A stretch of DNA of 64,000 nt from Bacillota bacterium (GTDB taxonomy: Bacteria; Bacillota; Limnochordia; Limnochordales; ZCTH02-B6). The notes under the pieces are model-generated. The model was not told the DNA's origin. It ran no database searches and saw nothing but the letters and a program-made list of their open reading frames with translations. The stretch's first letter is position 1; each line of letters opens with the position of its first letter. The stretch lies in the NCBI GenBank assembly GCA_017577945.2, contig PKQS02000009.1, positions 787 to 64,786 on the forward strand, given 5' to 3'. A program made the position numbers and the translations under genes. Shown here piece by piece: positions 8,187 to 20,253 of this stretch.

Positions 8187-8837
8187 TTAAAGTTCGCGTT
8201 GCAGTTTCAGTTTAATGCGACACAGCGCGTTGTCGATGGACTTGGTGTGGGTCCCGAGACGAGCCGCCATCTCCTTGTAGGACAAGCCGTTGATATAAAG
8301 CCGGAACACTTTGTATTCAAATTCGCTGAGCATTTTCTTGATCTGGCGCTGCGTCTGGTACAGCCGTTCGCGGTCGATGACCAGCTTTTCGGGATCCTCG
8401 ACCTTGTTGTCCGTCAGCACTTCCAGAAGCGTGCGGTCTCCCTCGTCGTCGGAAACGGGCTTATGCAGCGACGTGTACTGGTTGAGCGGGATGTGCTTTT
8501 GCCGCGTCGTGCCCTTGACGGCACTGATGACGTTGCGGACGATGCACAGCTTGGCGAATGACCAAAAGGAAGACGAACCCGGGGTGAAGTCCCGGATGGC
8601 CTTGAAAAGTCCGATCATGCCCTCCTGCATGAGATCGTCTTCGTCGGCGCCTTGCAAGAAGTACGGGCGCGTCCAGATGTACACGAGCCGCTCGTATTTC
8701 CGCAGCAAGTACTCGTAGGCTTCTTCCATGCCCTGCTGCGCGTAGCGCACGACTTCCTCGTCCGGCATTTGGGAGAAATCCAGTTTCGTGCGGGGGGTTG
8801 TCGCTTTGCCGTCATCGGGCAAAGGCAGTGCGGCCAT
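8187..8837 (-). CDS. sigH: Sporulation/transition-state sigma factor SigH
   Basis: SFWSFAKLCIVRNVISAVKGTTRQKHIPLNQYTSL matches the SigH-specific region 2-3 signature. ECF-like length of 216 aa. Confidence 0.9.
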   Translation of the reverse strand: MAALPLPDDGKATTPRTKLDFSQMPDEEVVRYAQQGMEEAYEYLLRKYERLVYIWTRPYFLQGADEDDLMQEGMIGLFKAIRDFTPGSSSFWSFAKLCIVRNVISAVKGTTRQKHIPLNQYTSLHKPVSDDEGDRTLLEVLTDNKVEDPEKLVIDRERLYQTQRQIKKMLSEFEYKVFRLYINGLSYKEMAARLGTHTKSIDNALCRIKLKLQREL

Positions 8838-8929
8838 GCGTACCCCTCTTTCCGTCCGTGGATGCGTGCGGGTTAATTAAATTAAGTTTCGCCGACGAAG
8901 GCCAATCTCCTCTGCCTTTTTCCCCACTC

Positions 8930-8971
8930 GGAGAAAGACCCCGTCCACGGCTTCCGGCCACAGACGGGGTC
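8930..8971 (-). terminator. Probable terminator of speH
   Basis: Perfect 9-bp inverted repeat GACCCCGTC...GACGGGGTC (17-nt loop), followed on the minus strand by TTTCTCC. Confidence 0.5.
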
Positions 8972-9047
8972 CTACGTACGGTCGTCCTCGCTATTTAATT
9001 TTGACTTGGATTCCGATCTCATAAAGAAAGCGCTGTCCCGCCCTTCG

Positions 9048-9440
9048 TCAGGATGCAGTCGCCTCCACTCTGCCTTCTGCTAGGATGTGCCGCAAGACCC
9101 CGCGCGGAACTTCCTTAGCGTCCACGGCGGCCGCACCGAACTTCTCCGTCATGTAGTTGCAAGCCTTCCACGGATCCACCGTCTCGCCGCAGGTAAACAC
9201 ATCGATGGCCGCGTATCCGAATTCGGGCCACGTATGGATGGCCAGATGCGATTCGGAAATGACGACCACTCCGCTGACGCCTTGCGGGCTGAACTTGTGG
9301 AACGCTACCTCCCGAACTTCCGCGCCGCTCAGAAGAGCAGCGTCCACCATGATCTGCTCGACGGCTTTGCGGTCGTTCAGGACCTCAGGGTCACACCCGT
9401 ACGCTTCGCACAAGATGTGACGACCCAAAGCCTGCTCCAT
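9048..9440 (-). CDS. speH: S-adenosylmethionine decarboxylase proenzyme (pyruvoyl type)
   Basis: [15 protein letters not shown] self-cleavage motif and DVFTCG. Confidence 0.95.
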   Translation of the reverse strand: MEQALGRHILCEAYGCDPEVLNDRKAVEQIMVDAALLSGAEVREVAFHKFSPQGVSGVVVISESHLAIHTWPEFGYAAIDVFTCGETVDPWKACNYMTEKFGAAAVDAKEVPRGVLRHILAEGRVEATAS

Positions 9441-9543
9441 CTCTCCGCCTCCCTTAGGAGTCTCGCCTCCCCGAACTCCCCCTGTTCACTCCCGACGGGA
9501 ACGAACAATCAAGGCTAATTTTAGAAGTTGCATCCTGGAAAAG

Positions 9544-10818
9544 TCAATAGGTTTGCGCCGGATGTCGCAAATATCCATCCCGCTGCAGCCGATCCAGGAC
9601 GCGCTCCAGCGCGATCTCTGCGTGAACCCTGCTCAACCCCCCTTGCACGAATACGTAGTAGGGCGGCCGCATGGGCCCGTCGGCGCTCAGCTCGATGGAC
9701 GACCCTTGGACGAAGGTGCCCCCCGCCATGATGATCGGCACGTCGTATCCGGGCACCGGCCCTGGTTCGGGCGTCACGTGCGAATCGACGGGCCCCGCGC
9801 TCTGCACGGCCGCGCAAAACGAGCGCAGCGCACCCTCGTCGTCCAGGCGGATGGCTTGCACGATGTCGCTGCGGCGCTCGCCCGGACGCGGCGACACTTC
9901 GTAGCCCAACTCGGCGAAGACGCGGCCAACGAGGATCGCCCCCCGCAGCGCCTCGGCCACCACGTGCGGCGCCTGGAACAGGCCGAAAAACAAGTCGCGG
10001 CTCACGCCCAGCGTCGGTCCCAGCTTGACGCCCAGGCCGGGCGCCGTGACGCGATCCGCCGCCATCGCCACCAGCTCGGCTTTGCCGACGATGTAGCCGC
10101 CAGCGGGCGCGATGCCGCCTCCCGCGTTCTTGATGAGCGAGCCGGCGATCAAGTCCGCGCCGACGTGCGGCGGCTCCCACGGCTCGACGAACTCGCCGTA
10201 GCAGTTGTCGACGAAGCAGACGACGTCGGGCCGCACGCGCTTGACGGCCCGGATGACTTCGCCCAGCCGCTCCACCGAGAGCGCAGGCCGCCACGAGTAG
10301 CCCCGGGAGCGCTGCAGCAACACCATCCTCGTGTTCGGTTTCAGTGCGGCCAGCACCGCTTCCACGTCCACGTCGCCCGCGGGCGTCAGCGGCACTTCGT
10401 CGTACTCGACGCCCAGCCGGACGAGGGCCGTCGGCCGCGGGCCCCGGATCACCTGCTGCAACGTTTCGTACGGCGCGCCCGACGCGGACAGCAGATGATC
10501 GCCCGGGCGCAGGACACCGAACAAGCAGGCGCTGATGGCGTGCGTCCCCGAGGCGATTTGCGGCCGCACCAGCGCGGCCTCGCCCCCGAACACACGCGCA
10601 AACAGGCGTTCCAAAGCCGCCCGGCCGATGTCGTTGGCCCCGTAGCCGGTGCTGCCGGCAAAATGCTCTTCCCCGATGCGCTCCTCCCAGAAGGCGGTCA
10701 AGACCCGCTTCTGGTTGTGGCGCTCAATCTCGTCGACCGCGGCCCATTCGTCTCGCACCGCCTCGCGGGCCCGGGCGACCAGCTCGGCGAAGCTTTCGCC
10801 GTCGACGCGATGGCTCAA
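9544..10818 (-). CDS. ynbB: YnbB-like PLP-dependent Cys/Met-metabolism family protein ('aluminium resistance' family), 424 aa
   Basis: HFAGSTGYGANDIGR and RPQIASGTHAI motifs. I re-called the start to TTG 10818 (GGAGGG 9 nt upstream, TTGA overlap with the ogt stop). The ORF-track start at 11049 runs through ogt. Confidence 0.8.
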   Translation of the reverse strand: MSHRVDGESFAELVARAREAVRDEWAAVDEIERHNQKRVLTAFWEERIGEEHFAGSTGYGANDIGRAALERLFARVFGGEAALVRPQIASGTHAISACLFGVLRPGDHLLSASGAPYETLQQVIRGPRPTALVRLGVEYDEVPLTPAGDVDVEAVLAALKPNTRMVLLQRSRGYSWRPALSVERLGEVIRAVKRVRPDVVCFVDNCYGEFVEPWEPPHVGADLIAGSLIKNAGGGIAPAGGYIVGKAELVAMAADRVTAPGLGVKLGPTLGVSRDLFFGLFQAPHVVAEALRGAILVGRVFAELGYEVSPRPGERRSDIVQAIRLDDEGALRSFCAAVQSAGPVDSHVTPEPGPVPGYDVPIIMAGGTFVQGSSIELSADGPMRPPYYVFVQGGLSRVHAEIALERVLDRLQRDGYLRHPAQTY

Positions 10819-11312
10819 AGCCGAATTCCCTCCAGCTGCAGCAAGTAGCGTTTCACATCCAGGCCTCCGCCGTAGCCGCCCAGCTTCCCGCCGGCCGCCA
10901 CCACCCGGTGGCATGGCACGACGATGCTGACGGGGTTGCTGCTGACGGCGGCGCCGACAGCGCGCGCCGCTCCCGGCTTGCCCAGCGCCTCCGCCACCTC
11001 TTTGTATGTATACGTGCGACCGTAGGGAATCGTCAGCAGGAAGGCCCACACCGCACGCTGGAAAGGCGTGCCTTCCAACCGCAGCGGCAAGTCGAAGCGG
11101 CGGCGCTGGCCGCGGAAGTATTCGTCCAGCTGCCGTAGCGCTTCCGCGACGGGCCGGGGAAGCGTGTCGCCGGCTGCCGCGAGCGCGTCGCTCGGAACAC
11201 TATCGCGCATGAAGGCGATTTCGGCCACCGCTTCGTCGTCGCCCCGCACGGCCAGCGGGCCAACGGGCGTTTCCATGACGGCTAGAGTCATTGCACGAGT
11301 CATCGCGCCCAA
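10815..11312 (-). CDS. ogt: Methylated-DNA--protein-cysteine methyltransferase
   Basis: IVVPCHRVV active-site motif. Confidence 0.95.
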   Translation of the reverse strand: MGAMTRAMTLAVMETPVGPLAVRGDDEAVAEIAFMRDSVPSDALAAAGDTLPRPVAEALRQLDEYFRGQRRRFDLPLRLEGTPFQRAVWAFLLTIPYGRTYTYKEVAEALGKPGAARAVGAAVSSNPVSIVVPCHRVVAAGGKLGGYGGGLDVKRYLLQLEGIRL

Positions 11313-11387
11313 CCCGGGAGCGCCCCCTTTCGGGGCTACAGTTCGCCCCCGCCCGGCGGAACCCTGTCGGGCCGGCCGTTTTCAGAA

Positions 11388-11606
11388 TCAAACGGCGTCG
11401 TCCGGAGGCTGCCCCTGCACCGCCCCGGCGCCGCACAGGACGCACGTGCCCTTTTCCAGGCTGGCCCGCCGCATCTCCAGCGGCGCGTAGCGCAGTCCCT
11501 CCGTAAAGCCGTCGCGCCGACCCCGCCGGCGTCCCCACGCATACCCCGCCAGCAGCGCCAAGAGCGCGACCCCAACCAGCCACTCCACACCGACCCACCA
11601 CGTCAT
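11388..11606 (-). CDS. Small membrane protein, 72 aa, C-terminal CVLCG
   Basis: N-terminal TM helix, GGGAGA SD 8 nt upstream, and an ATGA overlap with the upstream gene's stop. Confidence 0.5.
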   Translation of the reverse strand: MTWWVGVEWLVGVALLALLAGYAWGRRRGRRDGFTEGLRYAPLEMRRASLEKGTCVLCGAGAVQGQPPDDAV

Positions 11607-12190
11607 GGCGCCATCTCCCGCGGTTTGGCGCTCAGCACGACGGCCGTGGCCCAGATCACCATCGTCGTCGCGCGCGGAGCCAAGGCCGCGGCCGCCACCA
11701 GCGCCGCGGCGCCCAGCAGCCCCGTCTCCACGACCCCCATGGCCGTCGCCAGGGACCGGCGGCCCACCGCGCGGTCCTCGTTGACGTCGGCCAGATCGTC
11801 CGCACACTGCACGAACGTCATAACCGCCAGCGCCGCCGCCATCCGGCCCGGCCCCGCCAGCAGCGCGCCCGCCCCCACGGCCAGCGCCGCCTCTTGCCAC
11901 CCCCGCAAGCCTGAGGGCAGCGGCCGCCGCCAGTCATGCAGCATGCCCAATGAATAGGCGGAAAAAAAGAGCGAGCCCGCCAGCGGCGCGTCCAGCAGCA
12001 ACGCCACGCACAGCGCCGCCATGGCGTAGGGCAGCAAGCCGCCGCCTAGCCGGCCGGCCCACGTCTTGGCCCCGTATCCATCCAGGTCCCGGTCCACCCA
12101 GTCGTCCATCCATTTTATGGCCCAGCCGGCGGCCAGCACGCATGCCGCTGCCGCCCCCGACCACGCCACGTCAAAGGTGCCGGCCGACAA
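11603..12190 (-). CDS. Short polytopic membrane protein with UbiA-prenyltransferase-like Asp-rich motifs (195 aa)
   Basis: MDDWVDRDLD resembles NDxxDxxxD. DDLADVNEDRAVGRRSLA resembles the second Asp-rich motif. TTG start with GAGGTG SD. Confidence 0.5.
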   Translation of the reverse strand: MSAGTFDVAWSGAAAACVLAAGWAIKWMDDWVDRDLDGYGAKTWAGRLGGGLLPYAMAALCVALLLDAPLAGSLFFSAYSLGMLHDWRRPLPSGLRGWQEAALAVGAGALLAGPGRMAAALAVMTFVQCADDLADVNEDRAVGRRSLATAMGVVETGLLGAAALVAAAALAPRATTMVIWATAVVLSAKPREMAP

Positions 12191-12779
12191 ACGCCTTCAC
12201 CTCATGGAACCCTTGTTTGTGCAGCGCCGATATGGGCGCAATCGGGTGGCCCACGAACTCCCGCCGCAGGCGGGCCAGCCCCTCCTGCGCCCCCTCCAGG
12301 TCCATCTTGTTGGCCAGGAGCAAATAGCCACCCCGCATTTGCGCAAACTGCGCCACCTGGTAGTCCACTTCCCCGATGGCGCTGACCGAACCGCTGCGGC
12401 CCAGAGCGGCCGCGTCGACGACGTGCAGGACCACGGCGGCTTCCCGCACCGCCGCCAGCGTCTGCGCCATGGCTCGCCGGATGGCCGCGTCGGGATGAAT
12501 GCCGTCGACGAGCCCGCTGGTGTCCACCAGCTCGAACTGCTTCGTCCCCTTCCCCGCCGGCAGCTCCAGAGCCAGCGACTGGAGATGCCGGGTCTGATGG
12601 GGCGTCGCGCTGGTAAGGCTTGCCACGGCGTCGGCCAGGGAATACGCGGCTTCGCGCCGGCGGCCGTCGGCTTCCGCAAAGGCAATGCGTGCGACCGTGA
12701 CGCCCAGGTATTCGGCGAAGTGGAGGGTAAACAACGTCTTGCCGGCGTTGGGCTGGCCGATGACGATGCAGCGCTTCAC
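12171..12779 (-). CDS. Small P-loop GTPase (G domain only)
   Basis: G1 GQPNAGKT, G3 VDTSG, G4 NKMD. I re-called the start to GTG 12779, a GTGA overlap with the spoVK stop. Confidence 0.75.
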   Translation of the reverse strand: MKRCIVIGQPNAGKTLFTLHFAEYLGVTVARIAFAEADGRRREAAYSLADAVASLTSATPHQTRHLQSLALELPAGKGTKQFELVDTSGLVDGIHPDAAIRRAMAQTLAAVREAAVVLHVVDAAALGRSGSVSAIGEVDYQVAQFAQMRGGYLLLANKMDLEGAQEGLARLRREFVGHPIAPISALHKQGFHEVKAFVGRHL

Positions 12780-13873
12780 CCGTCGGCCGCCTCCCAAAAG
12801 TCGCTGGCTTCCAGCGTCATCAGCTCCTCGCGGCTTACGCGGGGGCGCCGGACGAGCCGCAAGGCTTGCCGGCGAATGGCCCGCTCGACGAGATTGCGCA
12901 CGAAACGGGCGTTGCCCTCATAGGGATCGTCGGCCCGGCGCGTTTCCAGAAGCTGCTCCAGGCGCCGCTCCGCAGCCGGCGAAAGGCGGTATTCCCGCTG
13001 GGCGCAAAAATAGCGGGCGATCTCCAACAGCTCCTGCGCGGTGTAGTCGGGAAAGTCCACGTGGATCGGAAAGCGGGAGCGCAGGCCGGGGTTCGTCATG
13101 AGGAAATAGTCCATCTCGGCGCGGTAGCCGGCCAAAATGACGACGAACTCGTTCTTGTGGTCCTCCATCGCCTTGACCAGCGTGTCGATGGCTTCCTTGC
13201 CGAAATCTTTCTCGCCGCCCCGCGCCAGCGCGTACGCTTCGTCGATGAACAACACGCCGCCCATCGCTTTCCGGACTTGCTCCCGGGTGCGCTGGGCGGT
13301 ATGGCCGATGTATTCGCCCACCAAGTCGGCGCGCTCGCACTCGACCAGATGTCCCTTGGGCAGCGCCCCCATGGCGGCCAGCATGCGCCCGACGAGGCGG
13401 GCGACCGTCGTCTTGCCGGTGCCGGGGTTGCCCTTGAACACCATGTGCAGCGTCACTGCGTCGGCGGCCAAGTTTTCCTTGGCCCGCAGCCGCTGCACCT
13501 CGACATACGCCTGCACTTCGCGCATCAGCTGCTTGACCGTCCGCAGGCCAATCAGCCCGTCCAGCTCGTCCATGACTTCCTGCAGCCGCCGCCGGCGGAC
13601 GGCTTCCTCGTCCTCCTGCGCCTTGTCGCCGCCCTCGCGCCCCGTGCTGCTCCCGTTCTCGGCACCGTTCGAGCGCGGCTTGGCCGTCCCGCTGGGCACG
13701 GTGGGCGGCAGCCACCCGCGGTGGTGCCGCGGGCGCGGTGCCGCATCCGGCCGGTCCAGCGCGCGGAGCCAGGAAAAAGCCTCGGCGGAAGTCAACCGCC
13801 CCTGGCTGAGCCAATCCAGGATTTCGTCGACGCTGCCCGGCTTGTCGCTGCGCGTCGGCATGCAGCAGCCCAC
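12776..13873 (-). CDS. spoVK: AAA+ ATPase of the SpoVK/CbbX family
   Basis: GNPGTGKTTVAR Walker A, VLFIDEAYAL Walker B, and the KDFGKEAIDTLVKAMEDHKNEFVVILAGY SpoVK-type block. Confidence 0.85.
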   Translation of the reverse strand: MGCCMPTRSDKPGSVDEILDWLSQGRLTSAEAFSWLRALDRPDAAPRPRHHRGWLPPTVPSGTAKPRSNGAENGSSTGREGGDKAQEDEEAVRRRRLQEVMDELDGLIGLRTVKQLMREVQAYVEVQRLRAKENLAADAVTLHMVFKGNPGTGKTTVARLVGRMLAAMGALPKGHLVECERADLVGEYIGHTAQRTREQVRKAMGGVLFIDEAYALARGGEKDFGKEAIDTLVKAMEDHKNEFVVILAGYRAEMDYFLMTNPGLRSRFPIHVDFPDYTAQELLEIARYFCAQREYRLSPAAERRLEQLLETRRADDPYEGNARFVRNLVERAIRRQALRLVRRPRVSREELMTLEASDFWEAADG

Positions 13874-14015
13874 CCCGTCCTCGTCGTCCTTGGTGCAGCC
13901 CCGCTGCCAGGCTGGGGCGGGTACCTTTCTACTGTATGCCGAACGCCAAGAGAGTGTGCCGGGACCCGCGGCCCAACGCCGCGCCCGGCCTGTTCAGAAG
14001 GCGAAGGAAGCCTGT

Positions 14016-14975
14016 TTAGGAGGCGAAGTAGAAGGGCCAGCGGCGCCGGACCGCCTCGACCACGTAGTCCACGGCAGCCAGGAAGGAGGGGAACGATGAG
14101 AGGTCGAGCCACTGGATGCGCTTGTCCGCGCGGAACCACGTCAGTTGCCGCCGCGCGTAATGGCGCGTGTCGCGCTGCAAGACCCGGATAGCCTCCTCCA
14201 AGCTCATGCGGCCTTTGAGATATCCGATGATCTCCTTGTAGCCCAAGCCTTGCATGGCCACGTCGTCTTCGTCGAGCCCCCGCCGCATCAGCGCGGCCAC
14301 CTCGTCGACGAGCCCCGCCTCGATTTGCTCCAGGACCCGCCGGTTGATGCGCTCGTACAGCTCTTCCCGCGGCCGCGTGAGGCCAAACATGAGCAAGTCG
14401 AACATCGATTCCTTGCCGCGGGCTTCTTTCAGGTGCTCGGACAGCGGTCGCCCCGTGCGCTCGTACACCTCCAGCGCGCGCACGACCCGGCGCAGGTCGT
14501 TCGGATGAAGCCGGGCGGCCGTCTCCGGGTCCACTTCCTTGAGGCGCGCGTGCAGCGCGGCGCGCCCGAGCCGCTGGGCTTCCTCCTCTAGGCGGCGCCG
14601 CAGCTCCCAGTCGGCGCCTCGGTCGGGGAATAAGAAGTCGTCGACGACGGCGCGCACGTACAGGCCCGTCCCGCCCGACAAGATGGGCAGCTTGCCCCGC
14701 CGGTGAATGGCGGCGATGGCCTCCAGCGCGTGGCGGCGGTAGTCTGCGACGTTGCACTCTTCCTCGGGGTCCACCAGGTCGATGCAGTGGTGGGGAACGC
14801 CGCGGCGCTCCGCCGGCGTCGGCTTGGCGGTGCCGATGTCCATGCCGCGGTAGACTTGCATCGAGTCCGCGGTGACGACTTCCGCCGGCACCCGCTGCGC
14901 CAGCTCGATGCAGAAGGCGGTCTTGCCTACCGCGGTGGGTCCCACGATGACGAGCAGCGGCTTCTTCTCCGTCAC
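14016..14975 (-). CDS. miaA: tRNA dimethylallyltransferase
   Basis: LLVIVGPTAVGKT P-loop, DSMQVYRGMDIGTAKP. Confidence 0.95.
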   Translation of the reverse strand: MTEKKPLLVIVGPTAVGKTAFCIELAQRVPAEVVTADSMQVYRGMDIGTAKPTPAERRGVPHHCIDLVDPEEECNVADYRRHALEAIAAIHRRGKLPILSGGTGLYVRAVVDDFLFPDRGADWELRRRLEEEAQRLGRAALHARLKEVDPETAARLHPNDLRRVVRALEVYERTGRPLSEHLKEARGKESMFDLLMFGLTRPREELYERINRRVLEQIEAGLVDEVAALMRRGLDEDDVAMQGLGYKEIIGYLKGRMSLEEAIRVLQRDTRHYARRQLTWFRADKRIQWLDLSSFPSFLAAVDYVVEAVRRRWPFYFAS

Positions 14976-15790
14976 CGGCCCTCACCCGTCTCGGTGGCCG
15001 CTGCGGCCGTCCTGCGCCTAGCCGCGTCGATGATGCCGTAGGCGATGCGGCTCTTGCGCCCGCCGATGACCGCGTCGACGCCCAGTTCGCCGAAGACCGG
15101 GCTGCCGCTGCGCTCTTTGATGACGACGCGCCGCCGCGCCACCCGGCACGCTTCGGCCACGACTGACGGCGTCAGCGGCCGCCCTACGCCCAGCTCCCGC
15201 CACGGGCGCATGTGGACGCTTTCCTGGACGGGCTCCCGGAAGAAAGGATCGAAGTAGACGACATCAAAACTCGCGTCCGGCAGCTGCTTCAAATAGTCGG
15301 CGTGATCGGCGACCACCACTTCGATGCGCCGCATGGCCTCCCGCATGCCGGGGTGCCCCGGGTCGTATTCCTGCAGCCCGACCCGCACCACTTCGGCCAG
15401 CACCGGCACGCCTTCCACGCCGACCACGCGTCCCGTAGGACCCACGACGAACGACGCCACGATCGCGTCGGCACCCAGCCCCAGCGTACCGTCCAGCACG
15501 GCATCGCCCGGTCGCAGCTGCATCGCTTCCACCATGACGTCCCGTTCGCCCCGCTCCAGCGCGCGAATGCGGGGCTTGGCCATGCCGGGGTGAAAGTAAA
15601 GAGGCCCGGCGCTCGTCGCGACGACGAGGCGTCCGCGCTCCACAACCAGCACGCCCCGGGCGCCCAGCGACGCTACCGAACCGGCCCGCGGCACGTACGG
15701 AATCCCTAGGCGCGCGGCGAGCGCCCTCGCGCGCGCCTCATCTTCCGGCCTCGGATGGCGCGATGTCGTGACGAGGAACTCGGCCTGCAA
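14972..15790 (-). CDS. Class I SAM-dependent methyltransferase, RsmJ/DUF548-like
   Basis: VLDGTLGLGADA SAM motif and DVVYFDPFF motif. 4-nt overlap with miaA. Confidence 0.7.
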   Translation of the reverse strand: MQAEFLVTTSRHPRPEDEARARALAARLGIPYVPRAGSVASLGARGVLVVERGRLVVATSAGPLYFHPGMAKPRIRALERGERDVMVEAMQLRPGDAVLDGTLGLGADAIVASFVVGPTGRVVGVEGVPVLAEVVRVGLQEYDPGHPGMREAMRRIEVVVADHADYLKQLPDASFDVVYFDPFFREPVQESVHMRPWRELGVGRPLTPSVVAEACRVARRRVVIKERSGSPVFGELGVDAVIGGRKSRIAYGIIDAARRRTAAAATETGEGR

Positions 15791-15807
15791 CGGACTTCAA
15801 CCTCCGC

Positions 15808-17631
15808 TCAGCGGCGGCCGAACCGGCGTTCCAAGTCGAGTCGTCCCAGCTCAACCACGATGGGACGGCCGTGGGGACAGGCGAAGGGATTGTCCGCGCC
15901 CGCGAGCTGCCGGACGAGCGCGGCCATCTGCTCGGCGTCCAGCTCCTGCCCGGCTTTCACCGCCGCGCGGCAGGCCAGCGACGCAGCCGCGGCGTGCGGG
16001 TTCCAACGGCCCTCGCGCTCGCACGCGAGCAGCAGCTCCTCCAGCGTCTCCGCCAGGCGCCGCTCGTCCGCGCCGGCAAGCTCGACCGGCACCCCGCGCA
16101 CCAGGTACGACGCCCCGCCGAAAGGTTCCAGCAAAAAGCCGAGGCGTTCCAGCGGCCCCGCGTACTGCTCGGCCAAGCCGACCAGGGACGGCGGCAACGT
16201 GACCGCGACGGGGATCAAGAGACGCTGCACGTCCCTTAGGCCCGTGGCCAGCGCTTCGAGAAAGCGCTCGTACAGCACCCGTTCATGGGCCACGTGCTGA
16301 TCGATAATCCAAAGCCCGTCCGCGGTTTCGCCCACAATGTACGTGCGGTGCAGCTGTCCCAAAATGCGCAGCGCCCGCAGCTGCTCCCGCGCGTCGGCCG
16401 GCGGCGACGCTGCGTCCGGCAAAGGTGCCACCCCGGCACCTGCGTGGCTGTGCGAAACCGCTTCCGGCTGCGGCCAAATGGGGCGCTCCTCGGCCGCGCG
16501 CGGCGAGCCAGCCAGCGCGCCGGATGCCGGCAACGCAATCAGCGGAGCGGACGAGTGCCGGGCCGGCGGCGCGGACGGACCTTGTACGCCCGGCCCGGCC
16601 GCTTCCAGGGGGCGAGCGCGGGTCACGGGTTGGATTAAGTCCGTCCCCAACAGCGCCTCGCGCACCGCCCGCATGACCGCGCGAAATACGGCCCCTTCGT
16701 CCTTGAAGCGCACTTCCGCCTTCGCCGGGTGGACGTTCACGTCCACCGCGGCCGGATCCAACGTCAGGTGGACGACGGCCAACGGGTGGCGGCCGTGAGG
16801 CAGCATCGTGTCGTATCCTTGCTCGATGGCGCGCAGCAGCGCGGCGCTCTGGATCCAGCGGCCGTTGAGAAAGACGGACATCCGTTCCCGGTTGCCGAAG
16901 ACGACGTCCGGCTTGCTGACCCACCCGGACACTTGCACGCCGTTCAGTTCGCCCGCAATGGGCACCAGCTCCCGCGCCGCCGCGCCGTACACGGCCCGGA
17001 TAGCCCCGGCCAAGTCGCCGTCGCCCGGCGTGGCGAACACCTGCCGGCCGTCCGCGACGAGTCGAAAAGCCACCTGCGGCCACGCGAGGGCGATGCGCGC
17101 CGCTACATCCGCGATGCGCCGGGCTTCGGCGGATTCGGAGCGCAGGAACTTGTAACGGGCGGGTGTGTTGAAGAACAGCCGGCGCACGACGACCGTCGTG
17201 CCCACCGGTGCCCCGGCGGGCTCCAGTTCGCCCGGCACCCCGCCGCAGACTACGTACCGCACGCCGCCCGGGGCGTCCGCCGTGCGCGTCCGCATTTCCA
17301 CTTCGGCTACGGCGGCGATGCTCGGCAACGCCTCGCCGCGAAAGCCTAACGTGGCCACGTTGAACAAGTCGTCCGCCGAGCGGATTTTGCTGGTGGCATG
17401 GCGAGCAAACGCCAGCGGCACCTGCTCCGCCGGGACGCCGGCGCCGTCGTCGGTGACCCGGATGTACTCTTTTCCGCCCCGGCGAATCTCGATGTCGATG
17501 CGCCGGGCGCCCGCGTCCAGCGCGTTTTCCACCAGCTCTTTCACGACCGACGCCGGCCGCTCGATGACTTCGCCCGCCGCAATCTTGTTGGCCACATCGG
17601 CGTCCAGGATACGGATCTCGCGGCCGGACAT
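15808..17631 (-). CDS. mutL: DNA mismatch repair protein MutL (endonuclease type)
   Basis: GHKL ATPase N-terminus (VVKELVENALDAG) and IIDQHVAHERVLYE endonuclease motif. Confidence 0.97.
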   Translation of the reverse strand: MSGREIRILDADVANKIAAGEVIERPASVVKELVENALDAGARRIDIEIRRGGKEYIRVTDDGAGVPAEQVPLAFARHATSKIRSADDLFNVATLGFRGEALPSIAAVAEVEMRTRTADAPGGVRYVVCGGVPGELEPAGAPVGTTVVVRRLFFNTPARYKFLRSESAEARRIADVAARIALAWPQVAFRLVADGRQVFATPGDGDLAGAIRAVYGAAARELVPIAGELNGVQVSGWVSKPDVVFGNRERMSVFLNGRWIQSAALLRAIEQGYDTMLPHGRHPLAVVHLTLDPAAVDVNVHPAKAEVRFKDEGAVFRAVMRAVREALLGTDLIQPVTRARPLEAAGPGVQGPSAPPARHSSAPLIALPASGALAGSPRAAEERPIWPQPEAVSHSHAGAGVAPLPDAASPPADAREQLRALRILGQLHRTYIVGETADGLWIIDQHVAHERVLYERFLEALATGLRDVQRLLIPVAVTLPPSLVGLAEQYAGPLERLGFLLEPFGGASYLVRGVPVELAGADERRLAETLEELLLACEREGRWNPHAAAASLACRAAVKAGQELDAEQMAALVRQLAGADNPFACPHGRPIVVELGRLDLERRFGRR

Positions 17632-17643
17632 GGCGGTTCCCTC

Positions 17644-20250
<2,607 letters not shown>

Positions 20251-20253
20251 AGG

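Noticed and set aside
8860-9047. AT-rich 190-nt region between speH and sigH as a possible sRNA or small gene
   Set aside because: No ORF with an SD and no conserved RNA motif that I recognise. It is adequately explained by the speH terminator hairpin plus the sigH promoter/operator region.
13874-14015. Expected hfq downstream of miaA
   Set aside because: The gap is 142 nt with no ORF of suitable size or Sm motif. hfq, if present, is elsewhere.
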